Origin: Malacoraja senta
Lineage: Eukaryota
Assembly: GCA_038087875.1 (NCBI GenBank)
Contig: CM075990.1
Span: 9,610,001-9,674,000, forward strand
Direction of reading: 5' to 3'
DNA length: 64,000 bases
The notes beneath the pieces are model-generated. The model was not told the origin of the DNA. It made no database searches and saw nothing but the letters and a program-made list of their open reading frames with translations. The translations under genes and the position numbers were made by a program. Shown piece after piece: positions 25,831 through 38,385 of the stretch (positions within the stretch are counted from its first letter, which is position 1; each line of letters opens with the position of its first letter).

Positions 25831-26685
25831 CTGCCCGGACCTGTGAATGGCCACCCAACAGAAGGTGATGAAGAAGGGTCCAGACCGAAAAATCATCTGT
25901 CCATTTCCCTCCACAGATGCTGCCTGACCTGCTGAGTTCCTCCAACAGTCTGTTTTAGTGCTCAAGATTCCAGTATCTGCATTATCCAGTGTCTCCTTTG
26001 ACCAACCTGCCCTCCGCAGGCACCTTAAAGGAGAGGAGCATGGAGCTGAAGTGCGACCAAAAGTTGAAGAGTAGCCTTTTCAAATACTTAAACTGGGGCT
26101 GAAACCTTTCACTTTCTATGTAAACACAGACACAAACTCCTCCAGACTACAATAATATTTGAGGGGTTGGGAGTCCACGAACCAAATTAAAACCCCCTGC
26201 AGAGCATTGCTCTGTGTAATTCTCTCCATCCCAAGTCTGTAAAGGGAGAGGGCACCCATGGAGGGAGACCTTCACTGGGGATCCCCCTTAATACCTAATG
26301 GCAAAACAGTCTGAAGGGGCATGTCCAGATTGCAGATAAGAGTAATGAATTGGAGAGTATGCAGGAGTAACCTGCACAGGAAATGCTTCCATGTGGTTTG
26401 GAAGAGCACAGTAGTCAATTCTAAGGGAAAGCTCATATTCATAGATCCATAAAGGAATAGGAATATTTGGAAACATTCTCTTCAGCCGATCTCGTCCATG
26501 CTGACCAAGATACCCTAATCTGATTTGCCTGTTTTTGCCAATATGCCTCTAAATCTTTGCTATCCGTGTACCTGTCCAAATGTTTTTTAAACATTATAAT
26601 TACACCTGTCTCTATCACTTCATCAGGCAGCTCATTCCATAAATCCACCATCCTCTGTGTGAAAGACATGTCTCTCACATCTTAT

Positions 26686-27178
26686 AGTCATAGAGTGATA
26701 CAGCGTGGAAACAGGCCTTTTGGCCCAACTTGCCCACACCAGCCAACATATCCTAATTACACTAATCCCACCTGCCCACGATTGGTCCATATCCCTCCAA
26801 ACCTGTCCTATCCATGTACCTGGCAAACTGTTTCTTAAAAGTTGGGATAGTCCCAGCCTCAACTACCTCCTCTGGCAGCTTGTTCCATACACCCACCACC
26901 CTTTGTGTGAAAACGCTACCCCTCAGATTCCTATTAAATCTTTTCCCCTTCACCTTAAACCTATGTCCTCTGGTCCTCGATTCACCTACTCTGGGCAAGA
27001 GACTCTGTGCATCAACCCGATCTATTCCTCTCATGGTTTTATACACCTCTATAAGATCACCTCTCATCCTCCTGCGTTCCAAGGAATAGAGTCCCAGTCT
27101 GCTCAACCTCTCCCTATAGCTCAGACCCTCCAGTCCTGGCAACATCCTCGTAAATCTTCTCTGTACCCTTTCCATCTT
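26686..27178 (-). mobile_element. CR1 LINE (HER1-like) ORF2 C-terminus plus 3' tail, nested in an older CR1 fragment (about 26470-27470)
   Basis: ORF 26762-27175: MERVQRRFTRMLPGLEGLSYRERLSRLGLYSLERRRMRGDLIEVYK...TRGHRFK, the canonical CR1 C-terminal domain; tail actctatgactat. Confidence 0.92.
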
Positions 27179-27536
27179 CTTTAAATCCTTCCCCTCTCAC
27201 CTAAACCTATGCCATCAGTTTCCATCTGCCTACCCTGGGGAAAAAACAGTGACAATCTACTGTGACTATCTATGCTCTTCAGAATTTTATAAACCTCTAT
27301 ATCACACATAATCTTCTCCAAAGCTTTACCAAAGTCCATTTAGACGTTGCCTGCTGCCTTGCCCTCATGAATCCTCTGTTACCTCCTCAAAAAACACAAT
27401 CAATTTTGTGAGATATGGTTCCCTCACAAAGAAAGCCATGCTGACTATCACGAATTAGTTCTTGCCTTTGCAAATGCAGATAAATCCTGTCCCTCAGAAT
27501 CCCTTGCAAAAATGTACACACCACTGATGTTCACCT

Positions 27537-27673
27537 AAGGTAGTCTGAAGAAGGGTCTCGACCCGAAACATCACCCATTCCTTCTTTTCAGAGATGCTGC
27601 CTGACCCGCTAAGTTGCTCCAGCATTTTGTCTCTACCTTCGATTTAAACCAGCATCTGCAGTTCTTTCCTCCA
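27537..27673 (+). mobile_element. Penelope-derived short element with hammerhead-like core
   Basis: CTGAAGAAGGGTCTCGACCCGAAAC from 27545; 15-bp TSD CACTGATGTTCACCT at 27522-27536 and 27674-27688. Confidence 0.8.
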
Positions 27674-28849
27674 CACTGATGTTCACCTCACAGATCTGCA
27701 GTTCCCTGGCTTGTCCTTGCAGTGGGATGAATGGCCTTTTTCTATCCTGTCTAGCACAAAATACAATGAAGCATCACGTGACGGCAGCATGCAGCAACAT
27801 TAGATTGAGAGATAGTGCAATAGTGCAACATGTGAACGCACAGCATGTAACAAGAGCCAGCTCAACCTGAGACCGTATTAGAGTACTATGTGATGATATT
27901 TTGATTCATTGCAGGGCAACATAATTATCTGACTCCAATCAGTACCACTTAAGCCCCGACTGTTGGCAGCAAACAGAACGCTAGAGAGCAAGTGGACTCG
28001 AGAAGGTCACAGCCCGGAACAGGTGCATGAAGCTGGATTCCAGAGCAGGAGAGGGGTTGCTGGATAAGAATAATAACATTCTTTATTCCAGAAATACTGT
28101 ATACTATTTGCATTTGGCTCCAATTTTGGTATTTTTGCCCATGAGATACTCGTTTTCATTTATTATTGTCCTGTGTAACAAGTTGCAGTGAAAAGCTTTG
28201 TTTGCGTGCTATTCGATCAAATCACACTGTATATGAATATAATCAGGCCATACACAGGCAGAAAAGGTGGAGCAAAAAGAAAAATGCCAGAGGAAAAATA
28301 CAGTTGTGTGTTGCTCTGGTAAATAATACCTGGATTACAGCCCAAGTAGGAGAAGATGCGTAGATTTAAACATGAAGAAGGCAACAAACAATCTCTGCAG
28401 CTCCCCTTCATGAAGAGTGACACAAGGACCACAAGTATGATGCAGGCCCACCATGCCTTTGCAGGCTCTCAACAAGAGCATTGCTCTTTCCTTCTCTCTC
28501 ATAGCTCTGGAAACTATGACTTATTAAAATTGCCTTTGGAATTTTCCTTTCATAGTTGCATGACCTGGATCATTATAAATGGATAAACTCATTATCCTCA
28601 TCTCCCCTTTGGTTCTCGTACTATTCACATAAAATCTGTGTTAGCTCCTAAGCTTCCAGTGCAGGCAATATTTCATTACCTTTCATTTCATCGTGCCTTT
28701 CCAATATGACTCTTTTATAATACTTGAAAACCAAAATAAAGCATCAGTGGAGCCATGTCACAACTCACAACAATATTGTTATTTCAGTATGAGTGCTTGT
28801 TGGAGAGTACTCACCTCATACTACCCAAAGTCACTGCTCTCCCTATCCC

Positions 28850-29340
28850 CATCTCCTTTCCCCCCCCCCCATATTGTCTGCATCATCGTTTTCAATTTTC
28901 AATACGCAAAAAAATCTCTCCAAATGCCAACTTATTTTTTCATTTCTACTTCACACTTCCTCGTACTCTCAGTCCCTCACCTTTCCCTCTTGTTTTCCTC
29001 CTCCTTCTCCCTCTTCCTATCCACCCACTTTTTCCTCATCCTCTTTCCTAACCTCTTTCGTTATTCTCTCACTCTGTCCTTCTTCCTCTCTCGCTATCCC
29101 TGTCACACGCACCATTCCCCAATCCCCAATCCCCCATCCCCTCTTCTCACTCTCCTTCCTTTCTCCTGATCTTTACCTTTCTCTCTACATTTCTCTCTCT
29201 GCCTCCTCCACATTTCTATCCACCTTTATCATGCCCTCTCTATCCTTCCTACCGCTCCTTTCTCTTTTCTATTCCCTCTCCTCTCTCTACAATCCCTTAT
29301 ATTTTCACTTATTGCTCCCTCTTTCATTTTCCTCTATTAC
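28850..29340 (+). repeat. Long polypyrimidine (CT-rich) tract
   Basis: About 490 bp strongly depleted of G on the + strand. Confidence 0.85.
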
Positions 29341-29604
29341 AGAGGGACATAAGAAATAAACTAGGGTAAGCCATTTGGCCATGATATGTGCTATGTTCCT
29401 CAGTCCTCTGTACCATATTCCTCAATCAATCTTTGATTCCTTTAATATCCAAAATCCAACCTTCACTGTTTTGGACAGATATTGAATGAATGAGCTTTTA
29501 GTTAGAGAATTACACACTTTAGATGAAAAAAATGTCTTCCCATGTAAGTCCTGAATGCCTAATAAATATAATCGATATATTAAAACATCAACTCTTCGTT
29601 CTTG

Positions 29605-30374
29605 TTTAAGAAGGAACTGCAGATGCTGGAAAAATCAAAGGTAGATAAAAATGCTGGAGAAACTCAGCGGGTGAGGCAGCATCTATGGAGCAAAGGAATG
29701 GATGACGTTTCGGGTCGAGACCCTTCTTCAGACTGATGTGGGGGTGGTGAGGGCGGGAAGAAGAAAGGTAGAGGGGGAGACAGTGGGCTGTGGGAGAGCT
29801 GGGAGGGGAGGGGAAAGAGGGAGAAAGCAAGTACTACCTGAAATTGGAGAAGTCAATGTTCGCTGGGGTGTAAACTGCCCAAGCAAAATATGAGGTGCTG
29901 CTCCTCCAAGGTGGGACTCACTCTGGCCATGGAGGAGGCCCAGAACAGAATGGTCAGATTCGGAATGGGAGGGGGAGTTGAAGTGCTGCGCCACCGGGAG
30001 ATCAGGTTAGTTATTGCGAACTGAGCGAAGGTGTTGGGTGAAGCGATCGCCAAGCCTACGCTTGGTCTCACTGATGTAGAGCAGCTGACACCTAGAGCAG
30101 CGGATGCAATAGAAGAGGTTGGAGGAGGTGCAGGTGAACCTCTGCCGCACCTGGAAATACTGCTTAGGTCCTTGGATGGAGTCAAGGGGGGATGTAAAGC
30201 GACAAGTGTAGCATTTCCTGCGGTTGCAAGGGAAAGTACCAGGGGAGGGGGTGGTTTGGGTGGGAAGGGACAAATTGACCAGAAAGTTACGGAGGGAGGG
30301 AGAAAGTTGCGGAAATCCAAAAGGGGAGGAGATGGGAAGAAGTGGCCAGTGGTGGGATCCCGTTGGAGGTGGCG
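29605..30374 (-). mobile_element. 5'-truncated Penelope-like retroelement (GIY-YIG endonuclease remnant plus 3' terminal repeat)
   Basis: CNRRKCYTC linker, NLFYCIRC..LLYISETKRRLGDRFTQHLRSV GIY-YIG signature and AQHFNSPSH; frameshifted or interrupted. 15-bp TSD AACTCTT(C/A)GTTCTTG at 29590-29604 and 30375-30389. Confidence 0.9.
29704..29731 (-). ncRNA. Minimal hammerhead ribozyme-like motif in the Penelope 3' end
   Basis: Minus strand reads CUGAAGA-A-GGGU-CUCG-ACCC-GAAA-CGUC: both catalytic boxes, a 4-bp helix II, a palindromic ACGU helix III and a GUC cleavage triplet. Helix I pairing is weak. Confidence 0.65.
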
Positions 30375-30494
30375 AACTCTTAGTTCTTGATGTCCCATTC
30401 GTGCTTCCACAAAGTCAACCCCAAATAATTTTGTGTCTTTCAATGCAATTATCTCTTGTGTTTTGAAATATGAGACAATAAAAGATTTTTTAAA

Positions 30495-30830
30495 GATAAA
30501 AGGTGCTGGAGTAACTTAGCGGGTCAAGCAGCATCCCTGGAGAACATGGATAGGTAACGTTTAGGGTCAGGACCCTTCTTCAGACACATTGTGCTTGTGG
30601 GTGTGTGGGTGGGGGGGGGAGGGGGGAGAGAAAGCTAAAAGAGAGAAAGGGCAAGGCAATAGCTGCACAGGCTAGGGCTTTTTTTGATAGGCGGATGGTT
30701 AGACAAAGGCAAGAGATGAAAAATAGTTGTGAGACGAAAAGATTGAGCAATTGCAACTGTGAATCCAGAGGAAGGAATCTAGGTGCAATGTCGGTGGAGG
30801 GGAAGTGCAGAAATTGGTACACGTCCAGGT
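30495..30830 (-). mobile_element. Penelope-like 3' fragment (older subfamily)
   Basis: Reverse tail gctggagtaacttagcgggtc...gacccttcttcagac followed by purine-rich element body. Confidence 0.6.
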
Positions 30831-31179
30831 GGGGCATGGAGTAGGATGAGCAGTGAAAGATGGTCTCACAGACCTCCTGTCAGAGAAAGGAGGTGAACCT
30901 ATTTAAAGTAGGCATATCTTGAGAATATTTATTTATTTATTTAATCAGTAGTAGATCCTTCCTTGGGTAAAGAAACCAGATGAGTAATGTTATTCCAGGT
31001 GAGATCTCACCAGTGCCAAATGTAATTTGTAGTAAGACCTCTGGTACTCAACTCATATTACAATGAAGACCAATATACCATTTGCCTCTTAATTTCATCT
31101 TATTTTACCTTTAAATTTACAATTACTACTGCAATTCACAGGAGGTTATTTTATTAAATTAGGAAATGACAGTAGTTAA

Positions 31180-32110
31180 ATTGATCATTTGTAAAGCCTT
31201 TTGCCCTGCACAAATTACCTCCCCTGAAATACACCTGGCCCCACGTAGTCTCTATCCCGACCAAACTACATCCTGACCCACTTAAGTTACCTCTGCCAGA
31301 ATTACACCCCATCTCGTTTAAAGCTGGCTGATCTTTATCTGAGGTACACAAAAATGCTGGAGAAACTCAGCGGGTGCAGCAGCATCTATTTTCCAGCATC
31401 TGCAGTTCCTTCTTTAACACTTTGATCTTTATCTGAAATGTACTTACTTTACCTGAATTTATACTTCACCTGACTCACCCCACCACACTTGAACTACAAT
31501 GTGCCGGCCGGATTTGAACTACATCTCATCCAAATTACGTCCTGCCTTCATTACACCTGCTTCACTTGAATTACATAATGTTCAAACTGGTCGGTATCTC
31601 ATATGAATCATACCAACCCAAACCATATCCATCTTAAACTGCACCTCATCTAAAACGCACCCAATTGTACTTGAACTACACCTGCCCAAACCATAGCTCA
31701 ACCTATTTGAAGTACACCTTGTCCAACTACACCCTGCCCCATTTAGTAAAACCTGTCCAAAGTATATCCCATTCCATTAAAACAATGCACTTCCCAATCT
31801 ACCTCCCAACTCATTTGAACTACACCATGCTCAACTTGAAATAGGCCCTGCCCAGGGTCTCGACACGAAACGTCACCTATTCCTTTTCTCCAGAGATGTT
31901 GCCTGACCTGCTGACTCCAGTATTTGTGTCTGTCGCCTGCCCAAACTATATCCTGCCTCACTTGAACCGTACCTACCCAAAGAATGCCTGGCCAGGCTCT
32001 GCCCAATTTACAATCTGCTTGATTTACACATCCAAATTAAATCCCTCATGATTTAAAATTTGTTTGATTTATACCTCTCCTGACACTAGGTTTACACTTG
32101 CCTAATTTAT
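31180..32110. repeat. Degenerate minisatellite (AACTACACCTG/AATTACACC motif)
   Basis: Repeated ttgaactacac, aattacacc and caaactacatcc units; interrupted by Penelope-derived inserts at 31343-31422 and about 31850-31930. Confidence 0.6.
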
Positions 32111-32199
32111 ACTGGGATTCTCGTTTGTTCTACTCAGCCTATGTCAAAGTTCAAGGAGGGGAATGGTGTCCCTGGTGTAGACACACAAGAATGTGAAAA

Positions 32200-32480
32200 C
32201 TGTTAATTGGTGTACTTTCTTGGCCATAGTTTCAATGTGACTGGTCCAGGACAAATTGTTGAAGACAATCAACCATCTCTACTTCGGCACCATTAACGTA
32301 GACTGGGATGTGTGTACTGTTTCACTTCCTGAAGACAATCACTATCTCCTTTGTCTTGCTGACATTGAGAGAGAGGTTGGTGTCATGGCACCAAGATACC
32401 AGCATCTCAATCTCCTTTCTGCACTCCGTCTCGCTGTATTCGATATCCGGACCAATATGGTGGTGTACTGGCAAACATGA
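32200..32480 (-). mobile_element. Rex1/Babar-like LINE RT fragment
   Basis: Minus strand reads ...NLSLNVSKTKEIVIVFRK (from ctcctttgtcttgctgacattgagagagaggttg), typical of this RT region. Confidence 0.55.
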
Positions 32481-33129
32481 TGTTAATCAATGAGAAAATC
32501 AAACTTGATGTTAGTTAAGGTCAATAACATTTCATCAGAACATGTATTCTTTCCACGGATGCTGAATGACCTGCTGAGTATTTCCATTTTTATTATCGAA
32601 TACACACGTCTTGGTTGGAGGGAACAGACATTATCTGGGGCTAGACACCAAATACCTAGATACATCAAAGATTTGAGAAAGATAGACCTAGGTATCAATG
32701 GGCAACATGTCTTCCAATAATATGTTGCTGAGGGACAGAATATAAATGAGAAACAAGAGGTGACCAGAATGGATTATTGTGAAGATTGTAAACATGAGTT
32801 TGAGAAAAAAAACATAGTGATAGAATTTCCAACCCAGATAAGAATGTCACCAGTGTTTCATAATGTAGAGGCACGACAGAGAAGTTCTTGCTAGGATCCA
32901 TGCATTCTGAAAGTCCTGGGCTCATGGTCTGCAATGGCCTTTTCTTGCATTCCATGGTGAGAAAAAGGATGTCCATGACATTACATGAATGCTGGTTTAC
33001 AAAATCAATGCAATCACATTGATATGTGGCTGCAGATCTTCAGCGGAGCTGAATTGTTTACGCTAACATATGTAGTCAGGTGCCATCCCACTCTACAGGA
33101 GTTAGGAATGGTAACTCTGTAGATGATTT

Positions 33130-33701
33130 CGCTCTTGCCTCAGCTGGGGACATTGTCACTTCCAATAACTCACTCACCTCCCTGGGCAGCACCTGTTAAC
33201 TTAGCACAGGGCAGGAAGCAAATATGTCAACTTCCTGGCTTCAATACTCAGTACCATTGTACACGAGTCAGCAGGGGAGCAGCAAGACTTTGTTTTGTTA
33301 CTTGAATAAAAAGCAACACACATCTTGGAAATTCTGACCACAGTTTACTGCTTTGCGATTGAATCACAAAAACAGTTCCTCGCCATTCTTCACACCTTCA
33401 CTCCAATTTTGTTTGTTTGTTTCCATCTTAACATCCAAAGTTTGAAGACTGCTTACATACATGGTTTTATCTGTGTCTCTGCTATCTGAGACCCTTGGTT
33501 CAATACTATATATATCTCAATGATGCACATGCGAGAAAAACATTTGGAATCAAATTCGCTGCACTTTGCATCAGCACTTGGTGCTGTGCAGACACAACTC
33601 CAGTCTATCCTTTCTCCACAATCTCTACGGTTTATCCCATGAAGACCTTGGTTTAGCAAGCTTGGAGGCGAGCCTGCAATATCCCAGCAGATTTTTAAAA
33701 G
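33130..33701 (+). promoter_or_regulatory. Candidate MYOZ1 promoter and non-coding first exon (donor at 33701/33702)
   Basis: E-boxes CAGCTG 33141 and CACCTG 33190, TATA-like CTATATATAT 33506-33515, and a perfect AAG|GTAAGT donor about 420 bp upstream of the acceptor at 34121. Confidence 0.55.
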
Positions 33702-34148
33702 GTAAGTCACCACAAACATCTTATAATAAGATAATGTTGGATAGTCTTGGCAATGGTTGTATATCCCTGGATTTGTAAGGAGTAATGGATCTTTGGTTCA
33801 GAGTTTTATGTGGTTGACCTAATATAAGGGTAACTGTTCTTTTTCAATATCTTTGTCATATAAATGTTTGTCTGCAGAAAATAGGAATAAGACTGAACAT
33901 TTTATTCACTTTCTTGCATGCATTCCCTGTTGTGTTTTCAGTATGTGCTCAATATATCAAGATCAAAACATTTGTGTTTCTTAAGTCACTAATTTTGGAG
34001 TACTTAATGAGAATCAGACAAAATGTGAATGCTTTTGGCAGTAGTTAGAAATGTTGGAAATGTTACCCCGGGTATAAATGTCATTGCCAATGCGTGTGGT
34101 TTCTTTTCTTCACCCTTCAGTGGCAAGAAAGGATAGACTCCATCGACC

Positions 34149-34224
34149 ATGCCGTTAGCTGGGACACCCGCGCCCTCCAAGAGGAAAAAGTCGTCGAGAA
34201 CCATTATAACAACGTTGAAGGATG
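34149..34224 (+). CDS. MYOZ1: Myozenin-1 coding exon 1 (exon begins at 34121)
   Basis: cccttcag| acceptor; MPLAGTPAPSKRKKSSRTIITTLKD matches the MYOZ1 N-terminus (MPLSGTPAP..); G|gtaggt phase-1 donor. Missed by the ORF track. Confidence 0.92.
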
Positions 34225-34591
34225 GTAGGTCGAGGACATGAGAATCACTCCACACACATCGAGGATCACAGCCCTCCCTATAAAGATACCAAGCTCTTCC
34301 AAAAAAAGCTGAAGCGGTTACTCGGATTACAGGGTCATTTATCTTGGTGCTTGTATTTATCCGCAGCTGATTTGCAATGCGGTAAACTGTGAAATGGCGT
34401 GTCTGCCTCATGCCGGCATTTCTATGATTAGTTGTGGTTGATATGATATAGCTGGCCTTTTTTTTTGTTTGTGAGGAGTTTTGCAGGCTGAGTCTTATTA
34501 ATAAACACCTAATTTCCCTCTAGATTAAAAAAAAAAACCAGTCACTGATTGATTGACACCCCGACAATGAAACATTGAATATTTTTGGAGT

Positions 34592-34684
34592 TAGACAAAA
34601 GTTGCTGGAGAAACTCAGCGGGTGCGGCAGCATCTATGGAGCGGAGGAAATAGGCAACGTTTCGGGCCGAAACCCTTCTTCAGA
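34592..34684 (-). mobile_element. Penelope-derived short element with hammerhead-like core (UUCG subfamily)
   Basis: Reverse complement of the 14393 and 15735 elements; followed by a 17-bp tandem duplication GATATCCTTTTAATCTG. Confidence 0.75.
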
Positions 34685-35007
34685 TATCCTTTTAATCTGG
34701 ATATCCTTTTAATCTGAGCCTCCTGCAAACTTTGATTTTAAAAAACCCCGTGCAGAGCCAGAGATCTCCCCTCTCCTCTCAGGAGTACACGTCAGTCCTT
34801 CGAGCTGGCGAATGCAAACAGCTGAAGATATATTTGATTTACGGAGTGCAATGTCTGTAATATTTGCCGCGCTGGCCTGTAATTCCAGCCTGAGTCCAAG
34901 GCGAGAGGAATTGGCGAAGCGCAGTTCCCAATAAATACCCAGCGCCAAAGGTGGGTCTCGCTGTCACTAATAATTCATTCACTGTTTTAAACAATTTTCT
35001 GTAACAG

Positions 35008-35177
35008 GCGGGGCCGAGATTAACTTCGGGAAGAAGATCAGCATCCCTCGGGATGTGATGTTGGAGGAACTGTCCCTGCTGAAGAATAAAGGGTCGCAGA
35101 TGTTTAAAGAGCGGCAGCGCAGGGTGGAGAGGTTCATCTATGAGTCACATCCCGACGTCTTTCACCCAGATTCGATG
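35008..35177 (+). CDS. MYOZ1: Myozenin-1 coding exon 2
   Basis: aacag| acceptor; GAEINFGKKISIPRDVMLEELSLLKNKGSQMFKERQRRVERFIYESHPDVFHPDSM (calsarcin signature); ATG|gtaggc donor. Confidence 0.96.
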
Positions 35178-37019
35178 GTAGGCATTTCTTCCTTCAGGAT
35201 GTTACCAGTTAAAACCCAACCTCTAATGCTGCCTCTGAACAAATCTTGGAAACAACATGTTCCCACATATATTTCCCACTCATACTACCTCTCCATTTCT
35301 CCTTGTGTATTTTCTAATGGCTGATAGTGAACATCTACCATTTAAGATAAAGGGAATCCCAATACAAGATGTGGTCATTTATATGCTGGTGTGGAGTAGC
35401 CGCAGGATGTTATCACATCTCCAGCCTCGTCCCAATGATATATACGCCTTCATCTTCAGGATCACAATCCAGGTGAAGGATCTTAATCTGAAATGTCGAC
35501 CATCCATTTGCCTCCACAGATGGTGATGGATCCAATGACTTCCACCTGTGAATTGTTTGTTGCTCCTGATTCAAGCAGCTACACCCTCTTGTGTGTCAGC
35601 ATCCTCAGGTACTAGGTATGCTAACCTGAACATAGATGTTCAAGTGGCTTCACCCTAACCACATCATGCACTGTTGGGACTAATCCAAAGCATCCCCGAG
35701 AGAGAAATTATCTCTGACTTTCATCCTCTGCTGTTAAGGTCCGTCTCAATTGATTGTCCCCTGGCCGTTCTAACCACACCTCTGACAAGAAGGATGAGGT
35801 CCCACTTATACCAAGATGGACACCCATTTTCAGTCTACCCTTTCCATTTCCCAACCACACAAAGCAGGACTTAAGGATTCCACTCAATCCTATGATCACA
35901 CCGCATTGATAGTTCCATTTCCCCCATAAACCAAGCTCCTATCGTCCATAAAGCCAATCTTCTGTACCCTTACTCCATTCTCACTAAACATCCACATCAA
36001 CTTCTCTTCCAGATACCCATGTGTGTTATGGTAAGTGGTCCCACCTCCCCTTCATAACCAACATGATCAACTTTAAAACTGCAAAAATTGGCATTTCTCC
36101 CAATTAACTGTTTAACAATACTGCCCAATCATTGTATCACATCTTTGCATACTGTTTTTGGGTAATACATTTTTATTATATGTCCTCCAAAAAGGTGTAT
36201 TTGCATTTTGTGGTGAAAAATGAAAGAAATATTTTCCACATAATATAAAGAAATGATTATATTTGTCAATTGGATTGAAATTTCTGTAGACAGGTTGATA
36301 TTCAGAGCCGTCTCTTCTTGAGTTGAAGAAGACATGGAATAAAATGAAAATAACATCAAAATGAGAAATCCCCTCATCCAGAGAATGGATTTTGTCCTAT
36401 AGGGATATTTAATTTGCTAATAGTTTAAAATGAGGTTTGGACAGATTAATAAAATATTTTAAAATAAAGTGTACTTTTGCTAGTGTGGCCCAACCCAAAT
36501 ATTACAGATTAGAAACTATTTTTGCTGAACATGGTTAAAAAAAAAGAAACCCGAAACTACAGTAACAAGAGGAATGGGAAGAATAGGATAGCCACTGGAA
36601 ATAGCGACCAATAGTGAACCTATCATTATAATATGGATTCTGTGTACACAAAGCAATTATAATACTATCTTCAGTGAGAGAGACATGTTCCAAGGCATAC
36701 TGAATGAATTCATATTGAATTGACTCCTTAGATTTTGTGCACCTGACAGCCTCTGCATGATATACTTCACTCCTGATTTTAAGCCATATTGAATGTTTTG
36801 CAAGCATACTTTACACAATGCCAACTTGTATCACAATTTCAAACATGCCAGATCTGCTCACCGTCTGATTTAATCCATCTGACTGACATTCAGCGTCATT
36901 TTCACCCATATCCAATTTGTATTCTTTTCATTTTCTTTTCTCTTGAAGTTGATGCATAAATTAATGTTATCACCATGTTGGGTTTGGATTAAATTAAATT
37001 TTACAGAATTTTAATCCAA

Positions 37020-38385
37020 GAAGAGGATTAGGCTGAGGAGAGACCTGATCGAAGTATATGAAATTATGAGTGGCATACATCGTCATGCAGATTGAATTAA
37101 TAAAGTTGGAAAAAAAGAGCCAAGAGAATGAATTCATGGGGTGCATTTAGGATCATTTTTTAGAAGAATATATTGTAGAGCCAGCAAAAAACAGGTTACC
37201 TTGGATCTGATAATAAGTAATGTAGCAGGTTTTTAATTAATAACCACAGAGTAAAAGATCATAGTATGATAATATTTTATAATTAATTTGGGAGGGAGAA
37301 ATTTGGGTCAGAAACAGTTGTGTTTAACTTAAAGCAAGGAATTACAATTAATGTGGATTTAATTGGCTATCGTTGACTGAACTGATAAATTAATGGGGAA
37401 GACAATTGATGATAGGCAAATGGGTAAGAAGGTAATTCATAACACTCAGCAGATTAATCATAGTAAGGAGAAACATTTCCATGGAAAGGATGAACCAAGC
37501 AGAGCTAACCAAGAAATTGAACAAAGGTATTTAAAGAGAAAACATATAGAGGCAAACATCAGCAGTGGACCTGAAGACTGGGATACATTCGGCATCAGAC
37601 AAAGGAGGGAAATCATAATAATAAATAGAGGAAATAAACTATGAGAGCAAATGTATGGGAGTGTAAACCTGGACAATAAGAGGTTCTTAAAGGAAGAATT
37701 AAGTCCCTGATCATTGGCCCCTTAAAGAATGAGCTTGTGAAATAGTTTTGAGGTAGAAAGACGTGGCAGAGGAATTAAACGGAGAATTTGCACCCATTTT
37801 TATATTGGAAGATACTACAAACATCCCATTAATACTGAATGACGAAGGGAGAAATTAAATACCATCACCATCACAAGAGATTTAGAATGAAGCCAACTAA
37901 TGGGGTGAATGGCTGATTATTTCCTGGTCCGATGGCTTTTATAATAGAATCCTAAAATAAATAGCTATTGAGGTAATGGATGCATTACTTACAGTATATC
38001 TTTCACAAATCCTTTGGTTCTGGAGAAATGTCACATGACTAGACAACTGCCAATTTGACACCCATACCCTTAAGATTCTTTGGGGGTTCGGCAGGAAAAC
38101 ATTGAGAGGATGTTTCCTCTCGTGGGGTATATGTAATGCAGCCATCAATCTCAGAAAGATGGGAGGGCTGCTGTAAGCTTGATGTCTCTCACACGTACAT
38201 GAATCTTTAGAACTTCTTATCACAGAGAACTGTGGGCAAATGTCTAATCAGTAAAGGAATCAAGACTGATGGAAAGTGGTATCCAGGAATATTATCCGGG
38301 TATCAGCTTTGATCCAACATTTCTTGATAATGAATGGCGGTCCAAGCTTGATGGGCTAAATGACCTACTCCTGTTCCTCCTTCTG
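37020..38385 (+). mobile_element. Highly degenerate CR1 LINE ORF2 fragments
   Basis: ggagagacctgatcgaagtatat (GDLIEVY), ttggatctgataataagtaat (LDLII), and a CR1 tail at about 38330-38380. Confidence 0.55.

Noticed and set aside
28693-29359. Ser/Leu/Phe/Pro-rich ORFs
   Set aside because: Translation of a CT-rich low-complexity tract.
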